Assembly: GCF_000150275.1 (NCBI RefSeq)
Contig: NW_002060955.1
Location: 1,634,024 to 1,698,023, forward strand
Reading direction: 5' to 3'
DNA: 64,000 bases
Origin: Trichoplax adhaerens
Lineage: Eukaryota > Animalia > Placozoa
Shown: in pieces, positions 1 to 13,700 of the stretch
How the letters are laid out: every line of letters begins with the position of its first letter
Numbering within the stretch: position 1 is the first letter of the stretch
Notes under the pieces: generated by a model
Seen by the model: only the letters and a program-made list of their open reading frames with translations
Told to the model about the DNA's origin: nothing
Databases searched by the model: none
Made by a program: the position numbers and the translations under genes

Positions 1-521
1 GAAATTGAGAAAGACGAAGTTAGAAACGCTGTAGCAAAAGAGTGTTAATGACCTATAGGCTGTAGGAGACTTAATCGATTGACTGACTTAATCTTTGATG
101 AATACGGTTATTATTTCTCGTCCAACTTTCATTAATGCAAGAAAATACATTGTAAACAACTAGATCACTTATTTTATTCAATTACAATACTTTAAAAATG
201 TTATTTTTGTAGATAACATTTACTGTAACACCAAACAATCCAAAATATTGATTCGTAAGAAATAATGCGTATGTGAACAGACCGCGAGCGCGTACATAGT
301 CACCCACTTTACAAAATATTCGATTAATCTTTGCGAACGATCACTTCTCTACAAGCACATATAATTGCAGTTAAGAAGTGCATGAACTATTATTTTACTT
401 ACTATATATCTATGACGAATATAGAAATGAATTAACACTAGTGATAGGTTATAAACATAACTATAATGCTGTTTATGGCACATTATAACCACGACTCTTC
501 ACCTACTTATTTCGATATTAG

Positions 522-1784
522 ATACTAAAACAATACGAAGTATTGGAAGAGAATTCTATTTCGGACTTTTCAGCTCTGGTAGTGCTGGTGCAACGGTAGC
601 TGCTATCGTCACAGCTCTAGATAAATCTGCCGCCATTACTGTTAGAAATAACTATTTCAATACAGCTACTCAATACAATGTTTCATCTTACAGCTCGACA
701 ACCGTAAAACTTAAAGCAACAAGCGAAAATAGAGTAACTGGAATAGCTTCGAAGACAATACATATCACTTCAGATGAAGATATAACTGTTACCAGTTTAC
801 AAGCATCTAGCACACTAGCAAGTTCATGTCATATTTTACCAGTCCAATTTTATGGTAAAGAATATGTTATTGCCACGTATACTCCTCTTATTTATGGACA
901 TATGTTAATAATCAGTAAAGATGCCAACACACAAGTTGAGATTAGCTTCCCAAGCAATACTAATTACGGAGGGCAAACTTATTCTAGAAATAGGAATCTG
1001 ACGATTAATTTACTACCTAATCAAGGATTCTTTTTCCAGATCGCGCAAGATCTAACTGGAACAATTATATATTCTAACAAAGATATCTCAGTTCTAGCCG
1101 GAAATCTTTGCGCTAACGTTCCTACAAGTAACAGATATTGCGAGCCTTTACAAGAACATTATATACCAAGTAAATACTTAGGCCAAAATTATATATTATC
1201 GACATTTACTGGTAGAGCAGCTGGAGATATATATCGTATCGTCGCCGCTTACGATAATACTACGGTACGCCTTCAATCAGCAAGTTCAAATTACAATTTA
1301 TCCCGAGGCGAGTTTACACAATTCGAGTTAGCTAGCGGCACTGATTCGTTTCTTACGTGCGATAAGCCATGTCTAGTTGTACAGTTCGCTAAAGGAACTA
1401 ATGCAGATCTTAAGGGAGCTGATCCGTTTATGACAATCGTACCAGCAATCGAACAATATAGTAACAACCTCGTAATAACCGTACCATCGTTATTTACAAT
1501 ATACAATATCAATCCAAATTACGTCTTAATCACGATACAAGATAAATATAAAGACGGATTAATGTTAAATGGAAAAGTATTACAAGGAATCAGTTGGCGA
1601 CAAGTCACTACGAATGATGTAAGTAATGTTTACTCTACAGCATCTATAAATATTTCGATTGGTACAAGCAGATTAACTCATAATGACAGTAGTATGACAT
1701 ATGGAGCCATTCAGTACGGTTGGGCTTCTGGTTCTATAGGTTATGGTTCATTTGGCGATATACAATGGTCTACAATGTTTTCTT
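522..1784 (+). CDS. Exon encoding IgGFc-binding protein N-terminal (FCGBP-N-like) domain of aGPCR 1
   Basis: Acceptor AG 520-521, donor GTAAGT 1785; same frame as ORF 902..1828. Begins (D)TKTIRSIGREFYFGLF; contains ILPVQFYGKEYVI, DLTGTIIYSNKDISVLAGNLCANVP..CEPLQEHYIP...LGQNY, CDKPCLVVQF, DPFMTIVPAIEQY, all typical of the IgGFc_binding family. Confidence 0.85.
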
Positions 1785-4700
1785 GTAAGTCAATTGAATT
1801 CACAGTCTACGATAATCGTATTCATTAAGTATATTTAAATTTTTATAGTAAGATCGTTCATGCATAGTATTTTAACCTATATAAGTAACGAAACTATAAT
1901 CTTACTTATACAGTAGTAAGATATTACTTATCATAAATAATAGAATTAGTAGGCTACAATATATAATCTCGTATAATCATCTATAATAATAATTGCAAAC
2001 GTTCTGCTACCGTATATCTACGAAAGCAATTCTAAATTTAACAATTGNNNNNNNNNNNNNNNNNNNNNNNNNNNNNNNNNNNNNNNNNNNNNNNNNNATA
2101 ATGTGACAGTTAGAGCTTCTACATCAGTCGGATTCGGTCCTACTAGTCCATTCGTGTCAGTCTTGACACATCAATCGGGTAAGATATTATACAGTAACAT
2201 TGTATTTGCTAGTTGTTATCAATTAAGACGGTAATACGACGTAATTTATATAGATTATAATACAATAAAAGTTTGTAAGATTACTAGTCTTATTCGATCT
2301 TAATTCAAAAAATAAATACACTTAATTAACTGTGAATTTAGTGTACTCCGTAATAAAGTAAAATAAAGTTCTTGATCTAGAGTAAATTCTAAAATAGATC
2401 GATGATGCTCACAATGTGCTTGATTCTTTGTTTATAGTACCTAATACCTATCCATCAGATGTCAATGTAACAACGTTAACATCGACCTCGATTTATATTT
2501 CATGGCAGCCAATACCATTATTCGAGCGTAATGGCATTATTACAGTTTACAATATTAGTTACCATTCCTTACAACGGAATCACAACGGTATAATCCAAGT
2601 CGATGGCTTAACATTATCTAACGTGCTATCTAATCTGCTGCCTTACACTACGTATAATGTGACAGTTAGAGCTTCTACATCAGTCGGATTCGGTCCTACT
2701 AGTCCATTCGTGTCAGTCTTGACACATCAATCGGGTAAGATATTATACAGTAACATTGTATTTGCTAGTTGTTATCAATTAAGACGGTAATACGACGTAA
2801 TTTATATAGATTATAATACAATAAAAGTTTGTAAGATTACTAGTCTTATTCGATCTTAAATCAAATAAATACACTTAATTAACTGTGAATTTAGTGTACT
2901 CCGTAATAAAGTAAAATAAAGTTCTTGATCTAGAGTAAATTCTAAAATAGATCGATGATGCTCACAATGTGCTTGATTCTTTGTTTATAGTACCTAATAC
3001 CTATCCATCAGATATCAATGTAACAACGTTAACATCGACCTCGATTTATATTTCATGGCAGCCAATACCATTATTCGAGCGTAATGGCATTATTACAGTT
3101 TACAATATTAGTTACCATTCCTTACAACGGAATCACAACGGTATAATCCAAGTCGATGGCTTAACATTATCTAACGTGCTATCTAATCTGCTGCCTTACA
3201 CTACGTATAATGTGACAGTTAGAGCTTCTACATCAGTCGGATTCGGTCCTACTAGTCCATTCGTGTCAGTCTTGACACATCAATCGGGTAAGATATTATA
3301 CAGTAATATTGTATTTGCTAGTTGTTCTCAATTAAGACGGTAATATGACTTAATTATAAAAAAATACAAAACTAAATTTTCAAGAATGCTACCTCTACCC
3401 GGTAGTAATACATAAATAATATACTTAATTGTTTCATTTAAAACGTGATCATCGAATTATAGAACCTAGATCGTATCCTCAGAATATTACTGTCTCAGCT
3501 TTATCAGCTACTGCTGTCCAAGTCTCATGGCAGCCATTAAATATATCTGATCGAATTGGTACTATAACTGCATTCAACATAAGTTATAATTCGACTCAAT
3601 GGAATAGTAATGGGATGATTCAAGTTAACGGGTCTACAAGATCAATAGTGATACAAGATCTGATTCCATTTACTTCATATGTAATTATTATACGAGCAGC
3701 TAATGCTATCGGATTTGGACCGAAAAGTCCAGCTATATTAGCCGCAACTAGGCAGGCTGGTCTGTATCTATTATTATTACATAAACTAGTAATCAATGTA
3801 AAGGTCAATATTTACTTCCAATGTAATTTTTCACCTTTTAGGATAGTAGGTTATGTAAAATATATAATTAAGTCTGTGACATGTAAATTGTTGAGAAATG
3901 TGCTAACGTAAATTCTTTATNNNNNNNNNNNNNNNNNNNNNNNNNNNNNNNNNNNNNNNNNNNNNNNNNNNNNNNNNNNNNNNNNNNNNNNNNNNNNNNN
4001 NNNNNNNNNNNNNNNNNNNNNNNNNNNNNNNNNNNNNNNNNNNNNNNNNNNNNNNNNNNNNNNNNNNNNNNNNNNNNNNNNNNNNNNNNNNNNNNNNNNN
4101 NNNNNNNNNNNNNNNNNNNNNNNNNNNNNNNNNNNNNNNNNNNNNNNNNNNNNNNNNNNNNNNNNNNNNNNNNNNNNNNNNNNNNNNNNNNNNNNNNNNN
4201 NNNNNNNNNNNNNNNNNNNNNNNNNNNNNNNNNNNNNNNNNNNNNNNNNNNNNNNNNNNNNNNNNNNNNNNNNNNNNNNNNNNNNNNNNNNNNNNNNNNN
4301 NNNNNNNNNNNNNNNNNNNNNNNNNNNNNNNNNNNNNNNNNNNNNNNNNNNNNNNNNNNNNNNNNNNNNNNNNNNNNNNNNNNNNNNNNNNNNNNNNNNN
4401 NNNNNNNNNNNNNNNNNNNNNNNNNNNNNNNNNNNNNNNNNNNNNNNNNNNNNNNNNNNNNNNNNNNNNNNNNNNNNNNNNNNNNNNNNNNNNNNNNNNN
4501 NNNNNNNNNNNNNATGGATCATTGTAAATTATAGCATAAGCTATAATTCTACTCAATGGAACGATTATGGTGTCCTGGAAGTTAATAATTCCATAATGTC
4601 ATTTACCCTACACAATTTAATCCCCTACACAACTTACAGAATTACGCTTAAAGCAGCTACAGTCGTTGGCTTTGGACCGGAAAGTCCAGGTTTAACTGTA

Positions 4701-7700
4701 ACTACGCACCAAGCAGGTTAGATTACTCAATGATCATTATCTGAATTTAATTGAACTTAATATATTTTACCTTTCTATACTGATAAAGTAAAGTAGTTAG
4801 AATATTAAATTATGTAGTTATAGCGTATTCTCATGATGAAAGTTATTTTTTGATATGTTTCTTAATCAAATATAAAACAGTGCCAGGGTCGTATCCGCCC
4901 TACATAAATTCATCCACGTTATCCGATACCGCAATTAATGTTTCATGGCAGCCATTACCGCTAATGGATCGTAACGGAATCATTGTCTTATATCATGTTC
5001 AGTATCGTTCTCTTCCATGGAATGATAACGGTGTAGTTCAAGTTGTTCCACCTAATACTACAACTGTATTAAATAATTTGATGCCTTACACAACCTACTA
5101 TATCAGTGTTAAAGCGGCTACGGTGATCGGATTTGGATTAGCTAGCCCAAATACCTCATCTATTACGTACCAAGCAGGTTTGATTTGACATAATGAGAAA
5201 ATAGAAATATAACTTTTATTTGTACTTTGTTTCGATTTCCATAATTACATTCAAATCAATTGACTGATTTCTAGAACTAAAGAATATTCTCTTGTTTGTT
5301 TTGCTTTTAACTTGTCGGAAAATATGAAATTCCATTATATTACAGCCCCGAGATCATATCCGAAAAATATAGTTTTATCAGTAACTTCGGCCACTACCAT
5401 TGATATTTCGTGGCTACCACCAGCCCCTTTTGATCGTAACGGCATTATTGTATCGTATATGATATATTATAACGCTACCCGATGGAATAGAAATAAAGTC
5501 ATTACGGCAAATAGCCCTAGGACAGCGATAACACTAAACAATTTAGTACCTTATACTACTTACTACATCGGTATTAGAGCAGCAACTGTGATCGGATTCG
5601 GACCAGAAAGTCCATCGAAATCATCTACAACTCACGAAGCAGGTTACATGCAAATTAATTTAAGTATTAAATTTAGCATAAAACCCCTACAGGCTCTCAA
5701 TTTAAATCTTAATACTTATGAAGAGTTTTTACTTTTAATTGACAGTGCCTCTTTCATATCCGCAAAATGTTAAAGGCATTGCTAAATCCGCTACATCTGT
5801 TCTACTTTCTTGGCAGCCACTCCCTTCAATCCATCAAAATGGCATTATAATAATATATGCTATAAACTATAATTCTACTCGATGGAACGACAGCAGCAAC
5901 ATTCAAATGAATGCAACAGCAAGATCAAAATTAATAACTAATCTGATTCCCTTTACTACCTACAATTTTGTTATGAAAGCTAGTACTATCGTTGGATTTG
6001 GACCTGAAAGTCCAATTGTATCTGTAACGACAAATCAATCTGGTAACTTTGATTTTAGTGTTGTTAATACGTATGATGTTAATAAGATTATTTGTTTACA
6101 TGTTTAATAAGACATCAAATAATAAATATATCATCTCCATATAGCACCTAGTAACAGTCCTCTTGTTCAATCGATTTCCCTTGTAAGCAATAATAGCATT
6201 CGAATTCAGTGGCAAGTATGTTCAAAATTTTAATTATCTGACTTAGTATACTGTTTGAGTTTATATATTAGCTTTGTACGATATTAAGCATATCACAATG
6301 TGCACGTTTTAATAGGTTATCTCAGTAAGGGAACGCAATGGAATTATATTAGGATATCAGCTTGTTCTCAACAATACTAAATTTGGACTTGTTAGCAATC
6401 GTACCCTCTATCAAAATCAGACATTGCTGACTGGAAGATCAAGAAACTATACAGCATTCAACTTGAAATATTTTTCGCAATATAAAGTATCCATATATGC
6501 TTTTACCGTAGCCGGTATGAGCCCCGGTAGTAATGAGTTAACTATCCGCACTTTGCAATCAGGTACACTCATTGGTTTGTTATCTTTCAAACTTATTTCA
6601 CTTCATTATTTCTTACTGGTAGTAAATAGTAAAGCTTATTTAGTCCGTTTTATTGCAAGTTCATTTCAAGAATATGTTGACAATAATGTTATTTAATCAT
6701 GTAATGATGGCAACTAACGAATTTTTGATAGTGCCCAGCGCTGCTCCTGTAGATGTAAGAATATCACCAACAGCCAACGGAGCGACTTCTGCTATAGTGG
6801 CATGGAGTATTCCTACATTATTTAATCAAAATGGTATAATAACTGGTTATCACATTAAATACTTTCCTCTAGATCAACTGCAAAATGAAACTGTAATCAG
6901 TTTAGGTAATATTACGCAATATACACTACTAAATTTAAATCCTAAGCGCAACTACTCCATACAAGTAGCAGCAGCCACTTCAATCGGTATCGGTCCATAT
7001 AGTGCAGCGACTATTTATGAAACGCATGAAGCTGGTATGTCAATTATTATAACGAATTCTAAACCTAACTGAAAATAGCTTTATATCATTCTTTATTAGC
7101 GTAATATTTGATAACAAACATAGCATTTTTGATTATCGAATCGAACAGTTGCTCCAAATGTTACTCAATCACCTCGAAGTAGTGTAGTAAAAGCTGGAAC
7201 TGTTATTAGGCTAGAGTGTGCCGCTACTGGTGATCCTACTCCAACTACTAAATGGATTAAAGATAATCAACCAATCAGTACAGTTTATAATGTATTAACA
7301 AATCCCGGTTATGGTAGACTAATTGTCACAGATATTGGTACGGCAGATAATGGATCTTATTGGTGCCAATTTACTAATATTAAAGCTACTATAGTAACTG
7401 ATGCAGCAATTATAGCTGTGGAGGGTGAGTTGATGGTATTGAACTGATGGATTATATTATGTCTTTTTTTGAAAAGTTCAGTTATTCAAACTTCTTTGTT
7501 CAAACATTTCCTTAATAGACTCCAATACAACAGGATTCTGCATAGATGAAATAGTAAACAACATGCGATGGCCAAAAACTTATGGTGGACAAACTGCAAT
7601 CGTTTCCTGCCCTTCACCAATTCAGGGTATTTTATATATTGCACTATAAATTTAAATTATCTAAAATTTTAGAATTACATTATTGAGTCACATTGTCAGG

Positions 7701-10700
7701 AGAACTGATCGTGATCGGAGTTATTTTATTAATTATATTATTAATAATTTTATTCAATACAGGAAATGCTACACGTTTATGTACTGCTGGAATCAATAGA
7801 GCATCCACTTGGGAACAAATTGATACAACAGGATGTCAGTCACCAGCATTTGCGGCCGCGACCAGTTTGGTAATGATATACATATTTCTATGATATAATT
7901 TTATATTGATTACTCAAGATAAAATTAAGTTGTTAAAAGCTGTATGCTAAATTCTTTTATTCACTTTCATTTTTGTATTGTTACCTAAATATCTTGAAAT
8001 CATAATTATTATCCAGATAAATAAACTAGACTCAATTGGCCAGGGTGCAGCTAATGAGACCTTAACTGAATTGGAGACATTGTCTGCTAATAAGACTTTA
8101 TATGGTGGCGATATTATTAAGGCAATAGAAATCTTAACCAAAATTAATCGCGTTTCAACATGGGTCGACGCACCTTTGCTTACTGTAAGTTCTGTTTCTA
8201 CTTCTCCAATGTTATTCTACTTATACAGGTTATCTCTTTCTAAAAGTACGATGATATTGCAATTATACGTAATTTACTAACCTCATTAAATTAAATTAAT
8301 ATCCCGAAGATAGATTTTATAAATAAAAATACTGCAATATTCATTTGCTATATTATATTTCGATAAATAGAATTATGTGAATGTTCACAGTAACCTACTA
8401 AATTCGGACAATAAGAATGCCTGGAAATATGCAAGCAAGGTATCTTTTGTGCAAAGCGATATATCGTTCTATGGAGATCAAAATAAGTTTAATCTTTTTT
8501 GAAGTTATTGCTTGGCTATGATTTTCTATGCTCTTTGAAATTAAATCAGCCGAAGAGAACATCAAAATTTTCAAATTTTATAGTTTTGTCTAGATATAAA
8601 TGGTAATACAGTTTCGGTGATGGATAATTTGGAAGAATTTGCAAGTAAAATGAATGACACTTCGAATAACAAGACAATTACAATACTATCTAATAACATA
8701 GGTAATAAAACTTATCGCTATTAACTTATTTCGTATAATATAGTGACTGTCTCTTAGAATATATTTTATTATATTGGATATTTTTATGTTGTACGGTATT
8801 ATTTGTTTGTTAATAAATACCTGTTATTTAACTATACTAATATTATAATAATTAATTTAAAATTTGGTATCGTAGTACACATCTTAGACTGATTCACAGT
8901 CGCTTGATAGCAACAAACATGCGCTTAGCTACTTTTCTTTCTGCAATACTTTTGATTGTAGCCATCAACATACGGAAATTGAATACTTTCGATAGCAATT
9001 CTTCCAACATTATCTATGTGGATGATAAAAACCTAGGAACAAACATGCAAATGATAGTGCCGGGAAAAACTGTTCAAAATCATCAGTGTGAGCATTGTAT
9101 ATGATATATTTTCCATGAATAATTAAACGGAATTGAAAACAGATAAATTTATGGATATTTAGATAATTTAGACTTCTATTTAAGAAGTAATTTTTATCCC
9201 TTACATCTTCAGTTCAAAAGCAAGTAATTGTTATATATAAAACTCTTGGTAATTTGATTCCGGCAAATCTACATAGAGATAGGTAATGCTTAGATAATTG
9301 TCTCAGCCATCATGATGTCATCTTATGATATCTGTCATTTCGAGCGTATCATAATTACAGCAATTAAATCAATTCAATCGCTTTTTTTGTTTCCAATGAT
9401 AGGAATGCGACCAGTACTGGTGTGAATAGTGTCAATTCACATATTATTTCAACTTCTATGTATCCTAATGCAGCCAAAAATTTATCTCATCCATTGCAGA
9501 TCACCTTTGTAAATAAAAATGTATGTTAACGAGCTTTCTAAATATTATCTCAGATATTCGATTTCTATCAAATATTAAATTTTCGTAGACTGGAATAATG
9601 GTAGAGAAATTAACATAGCTTTATATATTAATATGTTACGATATTAACTTGAAATAATTTTTAGGTAAATTAAGTTATTTTATAAATTTTATTACAGGCC
9701 ATCAATTCAAATAATAATTATGTTGAAATCTCCTGCACGTTTTGGCAATCTAAATCTGGGTAAATTCTAATATTTTTTCATTGTTAATCTTGTTATCTTC
9801 AACTATATCTAAATTTAAAAGTAGTTTTCTTCATCTTATGATTAATAACTATTTCTAACGTATAGCTGCGTATGAAGGCTACATACAGTATACTTATGGT
9901 TATAATCAATAATATATTAGTAAACATATTTATAATCAGTTTTGTCGTCACCGCAATTTATTAAAGAATCAATTATTTGAGGCTTAAGCAATTATTGCAG
10001 TTAAGATGTAAACCCATTAATACGAAAATAATAATTTGTATAAAAACAAGGAGGAATATGAAAGTCAAATTTTGGCGTAGTGTGTAATTTAACGAATTTT
10101 ACTTACGAAATTAACGGTAAAATGTTGTTAATTCTTGATCAACAGTCTATGCGGATGGTCTACATCTGGATGTTGGAAAGATTTAAAGTCTAATTCAACG
10201 CATACTATTTGCTATTGTAACCATACTACTACATTCGGAACCATTCTTACTCACTTACCTGTAAGTGATTCTTAACTATCAAGTTCAAATAATTCGGTTA
10301 CATGATACCAATATGCAGTCTTAATTTAAGCGAGACTGCTGTCTAGTACAACTAACGTAAACGAACGTTTAATCACCTTATTACGATTTATCCACAATAA
10401 CAATTGATACCAAACATGATACAGATACTGCGGCCTACCCAGAATAATAAATAATCTTAACTAAGTTAAATGTATAAATCAGGATACCATAGAATTTATG
10501 CTATTTAACGTATTGAAATTAACTTAATCATTTACTCAAAGCTGAATACATCCCATTTATAAAAATACTGTTGATTATTAGTAAATTACAAGAAACACGT
10601 TTCCAGCGTTACTATTATATAAACATTCATAGCATGCACACATAAGCTTAAATAAATATAAAACATTAATTTAATACAAAAAGGATCTTAAAGTTTATTA

Positions 10701-13700
10701 CTATTCTTTAATATTAATTTTAATCTCCGTACTCACTGAGTGTTACGGTTTCATTAACTTACTGATCTGATTTTCCATTCAATAATAGCAAGATAAAATT
10801 AAACTGGAAGTTATTATTTATATTGGTTGTGGCTTGGCTAGCTTCTTACTTGCCCTAACTATCGCAATTAATATTATTTATTGGAGGTACGGTATCTACG
10901 TTGATATTTTAATATAATAGCTTTAAACGGCAATATATGATTCATCTACCTGAATGTTAATTAAATTAACTCGTTTGGTTTTAATTTTACAATATTGATT
11001 CTGAAGGGATCATCTGAAATTTTTCTTGCAGTTGATATACGAATACTAACATACTTATAGTGTAAAATGTCATAAAATGTCCATTCATTTGGATAAACTT
11101 ATACATTAGACTTTATTTTAATTTTAGCGAACTTGAGCATTATAAGAAAAAACTCTACATCAATTCGGAATATAATTATATGTATATATATATATAAACT
11201 TAAAACTAACTTCTATCTATTAAATATAAAATTTACTCTTATTTCGATGACTTTAATTCTTGGAAATTAATTAGACGAACTCCTAAAATTCTCGGCATCA
11301 TCAACGTTAGTATGTTCATCTGCATACTTATTGCCAATATCATTGTCATTTTTGGATTAATAGAGACAGAGTCAAAGGTTTGATCTCATATAATATATAA
11401 TTTTAATAAATTGTAGTGCAAAATATCATGTAATGGTAAATGTATATTTCACAGTTAACATTACACATAAAAATTAATTAATCCTTTGATATATAAATGT
11501 ATTCTTATATCTTAAATATAACTTAACCGCAATATGTACTCGTTTAATGTACTCTCTATGTAATAATACATGTAGCTACGATGTACCATCGTGGCAACGA
11601 TCCTACACTATGTGTTGCTTGCAGCCTTTGCTTGGATGCTCTGTCACAGTTTCTACCTATTTAGTTCATTGACCAGCAAAGATGGTAACGGCAAATATTG
11701 CAAAAGCTTTATATTTGCTGCTTTCAGTAAGTACGCTACTAATTAAGTGAAGTAGTCTATCTGATATAAGGTACTGCTCACAAAATCATGAAATAATTTG
11801 TAACATAATTATTATTGCAGATGAAATTTAGTAACTGATTTTAATTTTCACTCCTACACTACTCAATATGGTAATCTATGGGTAAAAAATAGATGATGTA
11901 CAATTAAGGATTTTACTTATTGTGGATGTTATAGTTTTAGCTTTAGCTATTGCCATTGTAACCGCTGCTGTTGCCATTAACGGGATGGGAATGCAAAACT
12001 ATATACAAAATAATTCGTAAGTGAAATACCTATCAGATAAATACTATGGTATCATTAACATCAGCTTTTATCAAATATACGGTGTAGTAGGCCTTAGTGA
12101 GCACCAAGGGGGTGTATTAAGTTAATACTTCCTGCAATTGCCATTAATTGTTCTTTTCATCTATTGTAACGAGCTCACACGAACCTTCTCTTTATAAACT
12201 GAAATAAAGCTAACATTTATCTTAAATTAGTGTAGCCTAACTTTATTATGAGTTACGGCAGTATAGAGTAAGATATAGTAAATCTTTGATCACTTTAGCA
12301 AGCCATGATTTGAAGTTCTTGGTGATACAAATGCAATAAACTTAAATTTAGAATCTTTGAAAAATTAAGCTGATCATTTTATTTGTTATAGGTGCTGGTT
12401 AAGAACTAATCCGCAAATTGTTTTGGTCTTCGTCATTTCTGCGCTGTCGATGACATCGGTAAACAGTGCCGTGCCATAAGATGCATTACTTTTACACTGA
12501 CATTGTCCGCTATTTTCTTTTTATTAGTAATTTATATGTTCGTAATTGATAACACGAAAGATTTTTCTATCTACATTTGACTTTAACCGGTAACACAATA
12601 CATCTAACTATTTGCCTATCGATAAGCAATATTTTTTTAATGCCATTATTTTCTACTACGGAAAATGAGTCGTTATGCGCTATTGCACCGTGAGCATCAG
12701 CATATTATCGAAGATAGATAATAAATCTATTCATTGATTAGTATAGAGACAAACTTTAATTATGTAAAAGTTCTGTAATCTACCGGTATCTCGCAATTTT
12801 AAATTACTGAAATATTTTCGCGAAAAGATTAGCTAGAACGCGAAAAACTTCATCAATTAAACTTCCGTACTTAAAATACGCATTTAAAACTATAATTTAT
12901 TGATGTTCTGTCTAAGCGTTATTTAAGTAGAACCGTTAAAATTTTCTTTCGATTCATGCAAAATAACACCCAGTTGTTCACTTGATAAATAATAATTTTA
13001 AAGCAATATAAAGTATTAGAATGTAAAATTTGACTGAAGTTACTTTTATAGGTTAGTGCCATACTAATTGTACTAGGCTACAAGAATTTAAGACAGACAA
13101 GAAGTATAAAATTACATACCGAAAATGACGTGCCCTATTTAATGAAGTAAAATAAGATTGCAATATCCTATTCTGTAATTGCATTTCCGTTTAAAAGTGA
13201 TCAAGATGTAGCACTGTAATAAACTATCAACAAAATTTTGTGTTAAAAATTTTAGGAGTTTTTTGCCAGCGGCCTTAATTCTCATGCTATTACTTGTTAT
13301 TGACTGGACGCTGTTTGTATTATTTGTTGCCATCGGTAATGTTGTACTGCAATATCTTTTCGCCGTAATCAACTTTTTGCAGGTAAATGTGTAGCATTCT
13401 TAGTTATTGTATACGGTTTGCAGTTTTTGATATTATCATTAACATATTTAAATAAGAATTAGAATTTGGGGACTTTTTCGATTTGATTTAATTATTTCTA
13501 TTTACATCTTCTACCTATTGCTCGTTTATATTTATTTTTACATGCAATGTTCGAATTATGATTTGAAGAGACTACATACAATTCTGTTACTATTTGTCTA
13601 TATTGTAACTAGGAGGTCTAATTAAATTTTATTACTGAAAAAATTCAATTTATTACTAGGCACTATATATATTTGCCTTTTATGGACTTAAGCAAATTAT

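Noticed and set aside
1410-1432. GADPF as a GDPH-type autocleavage site
   Set aside because: GDPH cleavage belongs to VWD domains. This DP is an ordinary IgGFc-domain motif and is QP in the paralog.
902-1828. IgGFc ORFs (and 47630-48982) as stand-alone intronless or bacterial-derived genes
   Set aside because: Both are bounded by phase 1 AG/GT splice sites and lack their own signal peptide; they are internal exons.
3903-4556. ORFs made of X residues (also 44348-44804)
   Set aside because: Artefacts of translating assembly gaps.
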